The notes: a model not told the origin generated them from the letters alone. A DNA stretch of 64,000 nt from Syncephalis fuscata S228 (GCA_025786725.1 JAHLTZ010000001.1:941273-1005272), one strand, 5' to 3'; numbered from the stretch's first letter, positions 14,401 through 28,356 are shown. Numbers and translations: made by a program.

Positions 14401-16877
14401 ATTCTCATTACACACCACGTTAATTTATGTGCTGAACACGCGGCATTTGCCGTATTGATGGAACACGGAGGCATCAAAGCCGTTGGTAATCCAACCGAGG
14501 TACTTTCTGATTTACTTACCACGAGCACTGATGTATCAAAGCATCGAGTGTTAATGAGGAAATTGGAAGCAAACCTGCACCAAATAGCAGTGTAGCTTAT
14601 TTGCATAAAGAAACACCAGCTAATGATGAGCAAAGTAATCCAGCTGTGTCTAGAAACAACTTTTTAGTAGAGGAAGAAGAGCGTAATCGTAATGGCTTAG
14701 ATTTGCAAGTGTACATGACCTACTTTAAAGCTGGTGGAAGTAATCAGTGGTGGGCACTGGTGATTGGCACCTTTTTGATTTACCAGTGTACATCAGTAGC
14801 ATCTAATTACTGGCTAAGTATCTGGACCAGTAAACATGTTACTGTAGATCAAAACATTTATTACTTTCTTGTTTTCGTCGGATTAACATTATTGGTGGTA
14901 ATTACTATAAGTATACCCACTTTTCTATTAAGTCGTACCAGTATCCATGCAAGTCGTAATTTGCACCAACGCTTAGTTAAGCGTATTACAAATTCAACGC
15001 TACGATTTTTTGACAAAACACCTGCGGGCCGTATCCTAAATCGCTTCAGCAAGGATATTTTTTATTGGATCAAGAGCTATCGTATTATATGAATTTATAG
15101 CTACAGATAGCATGAATTTGACTTGTCAATTAGTTGTGGTCGCTGCAACATTGCCAGTATTTATTCCAGTCGCCTTTATTGTTGGTAGGTTGAATTAATT
15201 ACTGCAAACCTACTAGATTGTAACAAATGTTTATTCGTATAGTATTCTGGTACTTTAAAGTCTCAAGCTTTTTTATGAAATCATCGCGCAGCTTGAAGCA
15301 GCTTGAAGCAGTTTCCAAGTCGCCATTTCTCTCACTAGTCACTGAAATGCTAAAGTAAGTTGAGTAAATTTTATGCATTGAGCATATCAGCTAATACATT
15401 TAATAATTTAGTGGTATAACAACTATTCGTGCCTATGGCATGGAGTTGTGGGTATTGAAAGAAAGTGCCAGCTGTATCGATGCTATGAATCGACCCACCT
15501 ATTTACTGTCAGCTACTAGTCAGTGGATCTTTGGACGTATTTCATTAATTGCCGCTTTAATTACATTTATTTCAACACTGCTTATTATTTTATCAAAAGA
15601 AAGCATTAATGCAAGTACTGCCGGGTTTACCTTAAGCTACGCGATATCATTTTCAATTGCTGCCGGTGTAAGTGATTCTAATGCATCGGTGCTTCTTATA
15701 ATATTAATACAGTATTGAAATTGGTTAGTTTTTCATAAATAACTGTACGAAAGTCGAATTGGCTATGAACAGTATTGAACGAATTAAAGAATATCTATCT
15801 ATTGAACAAGAATCGCCAGCAATTATTGAAGATGCTCGACCAAATGCCAAGGTAAATAGATAAACAATTCAATGCTGCTACATACTTATAATTAACTAAT
15901 TATAAAAAAATTAAAAGTGGCCAGAATATGGTGCAATCAATATTGAAAACCTAACGATTCGATACGCAAGCGACCAGAGTCCGGCTATTCGCAATCTATC
16001 CTTAACTGTTCGCCCCAAAGAACGCATCGGTATTGTAGGCAGAACCGGTAAGTAGCCGCAATAACAGTACATTATTATTCCACTTGTATTTATACAATAA
16101 TTAGGTGCTGGCAAATCAACTTTTCCGCAGCCTTTTTTAGATTTGTAGAAGCTGAGACCGGCAGTATTTACATCGATGGTGTAGATATTAGTAAAATCGG
16201 TTTACGTGACCTTCGTTCTAAACTCACTATTATCCCACAAGATGCTGTGTTATTCACTGGCACTATTCGTAGTAATTTGGATCCACTTTCACGGTATAGC
16301 GACACGGCTATTTGGAATGCACTTTGTCGGTGTCATTATATTGATAGTCAAAGCAACAAAGGAAATCCAATCGGTCTAGATTACTTAGATTTCCCGGTAG
16401 CAGAAAACGGAAACAACTTTAGTCAAGGACAGCGCCAATTACTAGCAATAGCTCGAGCGCTATTACGTAATAGTAAAGTATGTATAGTAGTTTTATTTGC
16501 ATTTTTATAATAATAACCAATACACCATATTTTGTATATAGGTGATTATTATGGACGAGGCTACTGCATCGATTGATTTCGACACTGATGCAAAAATCCA
16601 ACAAACCATTCGTAAAGAATTTGCTGATACCACACTGATATGTGTTGCCCATCGACTGCGTACCATTATTGACTATGATCGCATCATCGTATTGGGTAAG
16701 CATACCAATTAAATACTAGTACAGCTAACATTGACACCATTTATAGATACAGGTCGTCTAATAGAATTTGATACACCAAAAAATTTAATCAATTCTCCCA
16801 CCAGTCTATTCCGTAATTTGTGTGAACGTTCTGGGGAACTTGAAAGTCTATTGACCATTGTTAATGGTCAACTATAG
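11436..16877 (+). CDS. ABCC (MRP/Ycf1/Ybt1-like) full-size ABC transporter; start uncertain; several 1-nt frameshifts in this assembly
   Basis: NBD1 has [23 protein letters not shown] and [13 protein letters not shown]2 has [23 protein letters not shown] and [12 protein letters not shown] motifs include [10 protein letters not shown] and [17 protein letters not shown]. Confidence 0.93.
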
Positions 16878-17164
16878 ACCAACTTTGTACGTAATAATAA
16901 TAAATTAAAACCGGACTTATAATTAAAATACGAAATTATTATCATTGCCAGTCACCATTATTGATAACCACCACTGATATCATCAGCATAATTATTGATA
17001 CCACGGTTTCAGTATCAATAATTAGCCAATAAACATACTTGCTCAATATATTTGTTGGCTTATCATTAGTGGATGCATATGCTCGAGGGTGGTACACGTT
17101 TATAAAGAGGCTAAAGTGAAAAAACCTTTCTGCTCACCTTATCTTTTTCTTATCTTTATCAGTC

Positions 17165-18804
17165 ATGTTCATTACTAACGTAGAGCCTGGTAGTTTTAAC
17201 AACTTGGCAGGTGACGTCTATTTGGAGCTGGCCAGCTACTTAGTGGCCGACGACTTATACGCACTATCGTTGACCTGTAAGCAGGCTTACATTTATTTAC
17301 GTATTGAACGTCGCCGGCGCTATAACCGCTTCTTTAATGCCTATTCCATAACTGATCGCAAAGAACTTGAATGGCTACGTTGGTATGTCGGTTCGCGTCG
17401 CCGAATACCCTCTGAAAAGATATGCTGGCTGAATGCCTACAAACTTCGAACTCAGCTTGAAAGAAATGTCTTTGAAAGAAGGCGTAAATTGTACACTACA
17501 AATCATGATAAGATGGGCTGGTACAGTCGATGCCGTGCCTTGAATCCACTAACCAGCGTGGCAGTCGATAGCGACTACAGAAAAGTAAGCGTTATTACTA
17601 TGGAGGCACCATCGATGCTCGATCGGTATCGACCAGCTGTCAAATATACAGTACGGCCCTACGAAAAGCTACACAATAAAATATTCACTACGGTGGCTAT
17701 GCGGGCCAACGATCACACACTCGTTCTGTACGACAAGCAATACCATTCGTCTATGAACTTTATGCCTCTGCAACGTGGTCGGCCATTTAGCGTCCATCCA
17801 TTTGAAAACGACAGAGAAAACCCAGTAATGAAATTCCACCAGGACGCCAGAGCACACACATCAGTAATGCAGCGTACCCGAATCGGCCTCCATAACAATC
17901 ACGCCTTAACGGAGGTCGCCGGTCCATGGTGTATTATTCGGTTGAGATGGCCACGACATCGCAATGCCGTTGCCTATCGTATCTACGATTTGGCCCGACG
18001 CAAGTGGTGTCCCATGTACCAAGACGGGTCAGCTCGCAATCGTAATCATTGTATTGTTATGAAGTACGATAATAATACTGTTGTTTATGTGCGTTCTAGT
18101 ATTGAGAAAGAGAACGATGGCTGTAAACCACAGCTTAATCTAACCTGGTGGCAACACTCGTTTGACCAAGAGATGCCAATCTGTATTCACAATGTAAATT
18201 TTCCCGTGAAAGGCATCTGTGCACGTGCATGGTTCTCTATGCCATTGTGGCGTGTTGATGATTATCATATCTATTTGAAGTAGAGCATCCAAAGGGATTT
18301 TACGTGTTTTTGTACCAACATGAATTCAGTTTTAATGGTCGATTCGACGCTAACAGAGAGATGACCAGCAAGCTATTATGGAGAGCTGAAGTTAAGAAGC
18401 ATTTTTGCATTCGATATATTTGCAAGAATATTGATAGCTTTATTGCATTCCATCGCAATCAAATCCATATATACAGTCTTACTGATGGTACACTAAAGTA
18501 TACCGTAGGTGAAGGTGCCCTCGGTAATGTCTATAACATTATCGGCAATGTTATGTTGCTTAAACAGAAACGAAGCAAGTTTGGTCAAGTTATCGATATG
18601 AAAACTGGCGAGAAGAAGGGAAAATACGAACGCTATTTTAAACACTGGTCACCCGTTATGAATGCACAAGTCATATCCGGCCGTTCTGGCGTCAATATTA
18701 TGGATTGTGCCAATATATGGAATAATATGATTGTAGAGCCCAGTTTTACTCCTCTAAGACGAACCTATGCGATTACAGTAACACCGGGTATACCCTTCTC
18801 TTAG
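17165..18804 (+). CDS. Intronless F-box-like protein (~545 aa after restoring one T near 18275)
   Basis: N-terminal FNNLAGDVYLELASYLVADDLYALSLTCKQ fits the F-box pattern. ORFs 17165-18283 and 18304-18804 join by adding one T to a T-run (TAT TTT GAA GTA GAG...). Confidence 0.65.
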
Positions 18805-19373
18805 TACGAATGTAAATAACTATAGCTCAGTGCTATTTCTTGATAGAAATTGACTCTTGGTATAGCACTGCTGATTCAATAATTTGATTGAATACCACTT
18901 TTTATCTGTTAGCAAGTGAGCAATTGTCTATTCATTACATAATAGTAATGCTATAATTGCAATGATCTAGAAACTGCTGCTACAGATTATTCATCGATTC
19001 ATTCATCGATGGCCTCTCTTTCTATTGATCATCAGAATTTACTATATAATAGAAAACCCAAAAAACAGCTGTGAGCGATTAATGGCAATAAACATTACTT
19101 TCTATAGTTGCTTTACGTGTAATATGTTAATAAAACATTAGTTTGCTATTGTTGAATAGTACATGGATATTTATTTACAAAATGTAATTAAACTATTAGA
19201 ACCGTATATTGGTTAGCATGTTTGGCTAGTTATACACTTGTATTACTGTGTAATATCTATTACTTGATTATACAATTATAATATTATTGCTGAGTCTAGT
19301 ATAATAAATTTATTGTTTAGTATTTAGCATAACAACAACAGTAATAATGGCATGTTTTGTCATTTATATAGTT

Positions 19374-21149
19374 TTAAGAGAAATTAGATGGCATATCCAA
19401 TAGTTTAAGCATTTTGTTAATATCTACAGTTTCTCTCGTGGCTTTCCTTGTAATTCTCCTTGGGCTACTTCATAGGCATCTAGTTGCTGCCAGTCATTAA
19501 AGGTTAAGTAGCGTACATGTTTATCTTTTAATAAATCAGGCAAGTCAGATAAAGTGTTGGAAGAGGTGACAGATTGTGCCAATTGAGCCGTATCCTCCAA
19601 TAGACTATCTGCCGTTTCTTGAGCATCCCATAGGTGGAGGCAATGACGCCTGTAGGGCCACGTTTTAGCCAACCAGCCACATACAGTCCTGGTACAAATC
19701 GATCTCTGTTATTACTATCAGAAGATGTAGGTCTGTGGCAATAACACGTCCACGTTCATTTGGTACAATACATAATTGATCATCAAATGGAACACCTTCA
19801 ATCGGTGTACTACGATAGCCAATACTTTTAAATGCCAGTTCACAGGGCAGTAGCTCTTCATCATTTGTAGATACAGCTCGACCATCAATGAGTTGATTAT
19901 GTTGTAGGCGTACACCAACTAGTCGATGTGCACTATGACCACTCGAATGGTGTGCAATAGTATCCAATATACGTTCTGTTAAAAACTCTATTGGGCTACG
20001 TAAAAAGTGAAGGTGCCAACTACGTGTGGCTGTAGTATTTTTATCGCCTGCTTCTGCTCCTTTAAGTAGCAGTTCCATAAGTCGTTTACGTGGTCGTTCT
20101 TTGGCCAGTATAGGTGCCGCCTCTTTTAGCGTACTTTTAAGATAAGGCAGATCAAGTGCTAGACGTGTATCCGGTAACTGAATCATTTCTCGTAACTCTT
20201 TACTTGTAAACGCCACCTATATTTACGTCTATTAGCCATATAATAGGACTTTTGGACTACTTACTTGCAGGGGACCTCTGCGCTGTACTAGATGAACTTG
20301 TTTGATCTGGCTATCCCGCAATGCTTCCATTGCCGCAGCTGTAATATCTGTACGTGCCAATTCATCCCTAGGCATCAATAGAATACGTGCTACATCCAGT
20401 GCTACATTGCCAGCTCCTACTACAACAGCAGATGTACTAGTGGCAAGCCACGCTTTTATTTGCTCGCCTAAGGCTTGACACTGCGGCAAACCATTATACC
20501 AACCAACAAAATCCCGTGCACTAATAAACCGGCCTCCGTTGCATCAGCATTAGGTACACCTCGAAGAGTGCGATCTTGCTCGGCACCATAAGCTAGTACG
20601 ACTGCTGCATATCGAGCACGTAGTTCCTCGATAGTTAATGCAGTACCCACCCGTACACCGCCAAAGTATCTAAAACGTCCCTCTACTGCCAACTTTTCAA
20701 ATTTATGAATCACTGACTGAAACCGCAAAATATAGTTATTGGTTGTTAGTATAATAAAATGTAAATGATAAATGAATAGACTACCTTTACTTCTGGATGG
20801 TCAGGCGCTACACCATAGCGCGCTAGACCATAAGGAATTGGCTGTGCTTCAAGCATATCAATATGAATCCGCCCCCTTGTTCTGCCTCTTTATCAGTAGC
20901 CCGTAATAGCCGCTGAGCTGTATAGAAACCAGCTGGACCACTACCTACAATGGCTACACGTCTAGGCTTACACGCTGCATTACTGCTACTGTTTTCGCTG
21001 TTCTTTACAGCTGTATAGAGACGGGACGGTGCACTGAATGCGGACCGAGACCAATAATCATTGGTGAATGCAAGTGCATTTGTCGTCTGTAGTAGCGGTC
21101 TCGATTCACTCTTGAACCGAATACTACGTATAGCTACAGCAAGCGACAT
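19374..21149 (-). CDS. ARH1: Mitochondrial NADPH:adrenodoxin (ferredoxin) oxidoreductase
   Basis: Contains [59 protein letters not shown] and PREK. The N-terminus is basic and presequence-like. Several homopolymer frameshifts. Confidence 0.93.
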
Positions 21150-21305
21150 TCTCGGTACGAGTAATTACGTGGAAAAAAGATAAAAAAATCAATTCATCAT
21201 AGGCTGACAAATCAATAATGAAGCTTCAGGAAAAAACACGTAGTAATGACTAGACGCTGCTCATTTATTTACAAAAGAAGTATATTTTCCTTTCTCTCCT
21301 TCTCT

Positions 21306-22241
21306 TTACTTGATGGCATTATGATTAGAGGGCATCCATAACATTGGCTCGACGATCAGATTGGCTTCGCATATGCTAGTAACATTGCTATTGTTTTCTT
21401 GGTGCGGTGCGTTAGCTTGCACGGCCGGTTCAACCCTGTCCTGTAAGTTGTCACCAGGTGTTGACAGCTTTGTACTAGCCTGTGGCGTAGGAGCAGTCTC
21501 GGCTGTTCTATGCATACGCTCGATCGATTCTTGTTTGACCACAAGTACGGGACACTTGGCTGAGTGACTGCAAAAGTCACTAAAACTACCCATAAATAGT
21601 CTATAGTCATTATAAGCATGTTTGTTATCAATAGAGTGAATAAAAAAGGTAATAGTTACATACCGCTTCCAGTAGGATAGACCGCGACTGCCCAGGATTA
21701 ACATAGTGGCACCAACACGTTCGGTAAAGTCAACAATCATATTGCCAGGTGATCGGTGTCCTTTAACCAAGCTAACGTGGCAATCCGTCTACAAGAGTAT
21801 ATTCAATAAATAACCAACTAAAGATAATATTATTCAATAATACTTACACCAGCATCACATAGTGGTTGGGCATAGGCGGTCAGTCTCTTAAGTAGATTTT
21901 CCTCCGTCTGGTAATAAATAGTCAATACAGTACACTATCTATTTAATAAAACATACCTCTTTTTCCATATCAGCGAGTTGATCGCCCACATAAAGGAATT
22001 CACCACCTATATGAATTGATTAATTAGATACAGTGTATTTGCTTGTTAATCAACTCTGTCTATCCTTACCGAGTTCAATGGCATCCATTTCTGACTCGAC
22101 ACTCCAACCGCTTACTAGTTCGACGCGATCACTGCCCTTGCGAATGATGTTTTCCATCGACCATTGAATGATGTCGGCTGCCTCATCGCTCTGAACATCA
22201 ACGGCAATCACAATAACTCGTTGACTTAAAGATTGCGACAT
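21306..22241 (-). CDS. Universal stress protein (USP) domain protein
   Basis: Contains RVIVIAVD, LILGSRGLS and FMGSFSDFCSHSAKCPVLVVK. Confidence 0.9.
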
Positions 22242-22755
22242 GATAGTTGTTTGGCTATAATTGAATAGTATCGATAAGCGATAAAGAACGGTACTTGGTA
22301 TAAATGAAAATGAAAGTAAAATTTGATACTATTTGATTTGAGTCTGCTGTTCTGTTTTGAATAATGTCATATGAATCATTTGGTTTTACATTACATGTAT
22401 ATATGCTAATGAGCCATAGTGAAACCGTTTTCACTTGGCATAAACAAAATTATGACGATACAAGACAATGCCGATACGCTCCGATCCGAACCTATCCGGT
22501 ATCACAGCATGATACTATGCTCACTATAATAGAGTAGGCTATATTTAGTATTTTTAACGCCGTATAATAACTATTTATAATTTACTAATAAAAGCGACTA
22601 TCACTCGGTTTAGTAATGTAGTTTATGGAAATAGAAATATTCAAAGCAATAATTACTCAGATTTATTAGTTAACTAGATAATGGATAATATAAACAAGTA
22701 AAAATATTATTTAAAATTAATCATTAACGGGCTATTACTGGTGTAAGTGTGCATC

Positions 22756-23658
22756 TTATTGTATTGGCCGATGGATCTTCAAGTAGTTTATGAGTCCGCC
22801 GTATTTTTTTAATTGAATCAGTGCTTCCTCTAGACTCGGTAAACTATTGGTAAAAGAGCTATTGGATAAGCAATATGGTGTTTGTGCTGAAGTTATAGAC
22901 TGATTATAAGATACTTGATGAGGTGTGTTGTGTGTTGTAGCGATGTTAGATTGTAATCCAGGTAGATTATCTGATTCCATATTATATAAATGCCTTGATC
23001 TGCTTTGATTTATCTTTTCATATCGTATTGAATTGGTGTCGATGATGGTGGTATATATTTTGTGGTATTTAATTCATTGATTGATGTTTTGTATTTGCTG
23101 GCGGTAATAATCTTGTCTTTTCCGTCATATCGTCATAGCCAAATAGACCAATGCGGTTATAGATACTTTTGCTATTATCGGTCAATATTTTTAGACTAGA
23201 ACGGCTTTTGGCTTGTTTTATACTCGTCTTTTTAGAAATTACAGTAAATGCTGGTTCATGATGCGTATTATCCATAGTAATTGCATTCTGTCTTGGATGT
23301 GTTGTCCATAAAGGTGTGCGATGGGACGGCGGTAATGTCGAGTAACATTTCCCATATTGCCTTCCTATAGTACTATAAGCAAAATGGCGTTGTCTTGGTA
23401 CATCTACCATCGTTGACTGTTGTTGTGTTTCTCTTTCGGCATCGATGGCAGCCAACATAATACGCGCTTCGATTAATCGATGTTGCGGATTAGATACTGA
23501 TTCGCCATTGCCATAATGAAAATAGCTATGCTTTTATCGGACACCGATAAAGGATGAGTTGTCGATAAATTGCGTTCAGTGCTATTTACCGGTAGTGTTC
23601 CCAGTATACGTTTAGCAATACCTCTAGACGAATAGAATGCATCATCTTTAAATGGCAT
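22756..23658 (-). CDS. Hypothetical protein split into three ORFs by apparent frameshifts
   Basis: Three consecutive same-strand ORFs; the first junction is repaired by one T (GAT TTA ATC GAA GCG). No recognisable domain. Confidence 0.4.
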
Positions 23659-24539
23659 AGCTAAATTAAAACTGTTGTTGGCAAGTGAGCTAAAGAGAAT
23701 AATGAACTGCTTCCGATTTGTTGACTATTGTGTTTACCTACTCGGTTAGTCACTACTATAATAAACAAATTATGTATAAATAAATAAAGGTATTAGTACG
23801 AAGTATAAACAGTAGTGTTGAAAGTGATATTACAAAAACTTTGACCAACTGGCTATAAAAAAGAATTTATATTGATTTTCTTTGTAATAACCACTGGCTT
23901 GTATTCAATAGTTGTACACAAGTAGAACAATGATAAGACGCAACCTATCTCAAATGTTGCGCTAGTAGTATGCTGCAATACAACAATGAAATGTCCAAAT
24001 GATCATGACAGTGTACGGTTATTCAAAGATCGACTAGTTGGTAAGTTACAACTAAAGGAGATATGTAGGACATGCGGTAGCGGTGGTATTCTATCATTTA
24101 TGTCGTCATAATATGCGGTATAAATGAGTGGTTATCGTCAGTAAAGCACGGATTTGTCCAAATACTTACGTGAATGACATAAAAGGGGTAAGCAACGAAG
24201 GCGATCACTTATTTACTAGGCAACCAATCAGCATTGGTATTAAAGTCCATTAAATTTGAGTTAGCACAATTATTCTAGTCATAGATGATCCATTCGTCCA
24301 CTAAATACATCTAACATCTTTTAATTAATAATTATGATAATTAATGACTAACGAGAAATAAGTTTATTATTGAATTAATATAGCCAATCAATGCATTGTA
24401 TTCTGAGCGTCAAGATAAGTGTTGATAAGCATTAAAAGCTAATTTCATACAATAGTGCCAGAATAAAGTGTTGCTTGGTGGTTTAGGCCACAATTTCTTT
24501 AACCAGAGTTGTAACAGTATGTTAAAACATGTCTACATG

Positions 24540-26303
24540 TCATGGATTATAGATTGGCAAAGGATGGGCCTCAGTATTAAAAACGTAGCGATCTAACGGT
24601 AGTACACTGTTATCACCAAAGATTAATAATAGATACTTGAGTGTTTCTGCCATGAAGAATGTTTCCGATGCATCTTGTTTTTGCGTGGGCACTTTAAGTA
24701 CATCCTCCACACTAACTAGACAAGTATTACCGCCGACCGATGAGTTCTTGCGCATAGCAGTAAAAACTTGCCAGGCCTGTTTGCGATATTCGCCATTTTT
24801 TGTAATACGCCAAAGTACAAAAAGACTTTCAACCGTCTCGGGTCGTAGTATATTATAAACTTTTTCGGGTTTGGCTGCATATCGGGGCCGCCTAACCAAC
24901 CAGCTGGATTCTGTTTATTGTAACACTTTGCCTAGTGGTTGTATCATGTGCGCTGGAAGTAGCAAAGGTAACAGTTTCTGGCGATAGACCGCTAACGGTG
25001 CGATGCATGCCCATGCATGTGGTGGTAAGCTCAGCTCCCAAAGCCATATCGTTATCAGCTCGTGCTTTATTTCAGCATCAGTGGTGGCACCAAGAGCCAG
25101 TACACCACCGAAGGCACACGCTAGATGCTCCATCTCTGGTGTAAAATAAGTTCGAGATGCCATACCAAGATATGTTTGGTTAGTTGTTTTCGAGACACCT
25201 AAGAGATGGCGTCTTGCACCAATAATCGATGCATCATACCGTGCACGTAGTTTCGGTTCTGTTTTAGACGTTTGCAGCCAACGCTTAAGTAAATACTCTA
25301 TAGTAGTGTAGTGCTGATTAGTCGTGATAATTAATAAATATTATTATCCTAATTATACGTACCATAATAGCTATCGCCGCTAGCGCCGAATCCGTATGTT
25401 CCATCGCCGTCGCTTTTTTCAGTAGATCTGTAAAAGTAATGTATTAAATTAGTAAATTATGCTAATAATACTAATAGTAGCAGCAATGTAGCTTACGAAA
25501 ATGATAAGGGTAAAAGCCCGTCCCAGGATTCCATGCGTTCAAGTGCTTCATCGGCCGTTTTGGCGGCTTGCCAGTATTTTGGATCACCGGTTAGTCGTGA
25601 TAATTCTCGAAACTCCATTTGCAAAGTGCCTGAAGCTGCCGTGAGCTTGCCATGTAGTTGAATCGTCTCGGTTTGACCTTTGACAAGATTAATCCAGAAG
25701 GTTGGCAGTCCGGTTGTTGTATTAAACGCCGGCAGTAATCGGTCTCCTACCATACGGGCAGCCTTCAGTAGTTCGGGATCGGGCTGGAGCGTGTAGGCAC
25801 CCAGTAATCCGCCAATCACACGAATGGTCGTTTCAAAAACATTTACATTATCGTCAATGTTATAGTCGAGATTCTTTACAATCCAATCACGACCTTCTTG
25901 GTACTCTTTTTGTAGATTTGCCAGAAACAGTGTATCTAATGAATCGGCAATCATATAGCCCAAGCTTTTTCCCGTACTAGACCATTGCTTGCCAGTCTTA
26001 GATATTGGCTTGTACTCATCGACTCCAAATGCATGTTCCCTATAGCTTTGCCAGCAGTCTTTGATCGATTTTATTACTTCTTCTTTTCGGCACCGCCATG
26101 TATCTTGTTTTTGGCATAGCTCAAAATTAGTAAGTTCAGTTGTATCTATCATTTATGAATGGCTAGTTAGTTTGGTATTAAATTATTGACTTTGTAATAT
26201 TACTTTTTGCAAATGCTAGTATAATACACACACCAATCAATGCACTCATTGCAAATGCAGCAAATAAAATTGCCAGCATTTGCTTTGGTATTATATTGCG
26301 CAT
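24540..26303 (-). CDS. GH47 class I alpha-1,2-mannosidase with N-terminal signal/anchor
   Basis: Contains VFETTIRVIGGLL, GTLQMEF, GDSYYEYLLK, MEHLAC, LRPETVES, AETLKYL and NTEAHPL. The N-terminus MRNIIPKQMLAILFAAFAMSALIGVCIILA is hydrophobic. Confidence 0.92.
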
Positions 26304-26645
26304 AATGAGATATAACTGTATGTAAATATCAAAAGAAGAAACTTGAAGGGGACAAGTATCAAAGCGTACACATATTTAAACAGCTGCAGTAAACAGCTAT
26401 GATGATAATACTACAAGTCTTGTATAACTATTTTTCTGAAACTCCGTTTAATCTCCATCCATTTCTTATTTACAGTTTCGATTTACTCCGTTTTTTATGT
26501 ACATAGTCATGTCACACTACTCTTTTACATTTCTTTTCATAAATTCGGAAAAATATTTTTAATTTGGAATATTATAAAATATAAAACTTGATTATGTGAA
26601 TAATATTTTCTATTCATATAGTCTAAAGAAAATTGTACTTTTTTA

Positions 26646-26781
26646 CACTATAAATAGCAGACTATTTAAGGTCCTTACTCATGTTTTAAATATTTCCTCC
26701 CTTCTGCCCTTACTTTGATTGCAACAGCGAAAATATCAAAAAACGTAAGTAAGGATCTTAAAGGGCAAACTATTTATAGTG
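26646..26781. mobile_element. MITE-like element with TA flanks
   Basis: TA|CACTATAAATAG ... CTATTTATAGTG|TA. Imperfect inverted repeats extend ~50 bp (tttaaggtccttact / agtaaggatcttaaa). Confidence 0.7.
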
Positions 26782-27196
26782 TAAATGTGTAATGAATAGC
26801 TATTTGTTACAATCGAGTTTTCTGTTTCTTTTTTTAGCAAGCCATTATTATAGATACGCGCACTAATAACAATGTTTGATGAATAAAACATTACATAGTC
26901 AAGAGGTGAGATGCACCTATCACAGTTGTTTATTATTGTAAATAACCGGCTAATAAAATTATACTCAAACTATGAATGTCATAAAACATCTAAAATAATT
27001 ATTAGATATATAGACAGTGTAATAAAAACAATACTAAATATCATTTTTATTAATGTGACAATGTAATATTTATTAACAATGTAATAGTGTAAATCAATCA
27101 ACTCAATGAAATATAATCTTATCGGTAATTCAGAAATAATTAAATGAACCAAGTGCCAGATTGATTTATAACTGCAGGTGGTTTTTTTAAAGCCAC

Positions 27197-27436
27197 TTAG
27201 GAGGAACTAGAAGTTATGACAGTTGAAGCTGTATTTCGGCTTACAGGTGTACATATAGGACCGAGTCCACCAAATTTAGGCCAATGTTTAGGACATGGCA
27301 TCAAGGACTTCTTCTTTCTCTTTTTAACCCCCGTAGTGACAGCACGACGGATTCGATTTGGACCAGCATCCGCCATATCCAAACTAGCTACAATAACAGC
27401 AGCGAGAATATAAACACTATTGATAGAAAGTCTCAT
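27197..27436 (-). CDS. Small secreted cationic peptide (79 aa as annotated)
   Basis: Signal-peptide-like MRLSINSVYILAAVIVASLDMADA-GP, followed by a basic cluster (KKRKKK) and two Cys. Confidence 0.6.
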   Translation of the reverse strand: MRLSINSVYILAAVIVASLDMADAGPNRIRRAVTTGVKKRKKKSLMPCPKHWPKFGGLGPICTPVSRNTASTVITSSSS

Positions 27437-28049
27437 GGTGATATAGCTTTGGTAGAGTAGACGACTGAAGCAGAAGATACAAGTTGAAAGATAGCAAGCA
27501 GAAAAGTTAATGTGGCGATACTGCCGTGATGTGTGTTAAACATCCATTAAATTTATTGCTGCGTATGCTCATGCAGCATCTACCGCATGACCATGATTTG
27601 AGCTACGCGTGACGGATACACATGATCTTTAATTTGTAGCTTAAATGTGGGTTTGTATTTTTAGATCATAATGCTATAGACTTGGCAATACCAATAAACT
27701 AGCTATATTTGATTAGCAATAAACAATAGTTGTATTTGGTAGTGTAATTTGCTGATATTTCTTGTAAATTATCATTAGAAAAATTAGCTATAGCTTGTAC
27801 TTCTTAATAGTATTATAGGTAATGGAATGAATTTATTCAAAATAAAACTAAATAGTTTAATGCTTAAAATCCACTATAGTTTTATTATTCTCTAACACTT
27901 TATTCATTATACGGCTAAATACATATAGAAGTGAAGCAAAGTCCAGCACCAATAGATCGACATAGACAATTGTTAATGATCCGTTAGACAAATAATAAGC
28001 TATATTTCAATAACATTAGCAGTATTAGCTTGAATTCCATGGCTAGTTC

Positions 28050-28356
28050 TTAAATCCTTTTTGACGGAATTTTCTTTAGTGGCGGCTTATCTGGTTTTGG
28101 TTTTGGTTTTGGTTTTGGCTATGGCTATTATGGTGATGGTGATGGCGGCCATATATTACGAGGACAAATTGAGTAATCATTGTCACCATCGAGAATTCCC
28201 ATGCAACTCTACCACTTTTTTTACAGATTCGAGCTTCATCAGGAGTGCATTCCCGGCTTTTTGGTTGAGAATTCAGCACTGGGTCGGCGTCTACCGTAGC
28301 AACACTAGCCACGTAGATGATGGCAACGGTACAGATTGCAACTATTGAAAGCTCAT
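28050..28356 (-). pseudogene. Paralogous small secreted Cys-containing peptide gene, frameshifted or decayed
   Basis: ATG AG- CTT TCA ATA gives M(R/K)LSIVAICTVAIIYVASVATVDADP after restoring 1 nt. It continues ECTPDEARICKK, then in a shifted frame SCMGILDGDNDYSICPRNIWPPSPSP*, followed by a stop-interrupted (PK)n tail. Confidence 0.5.
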
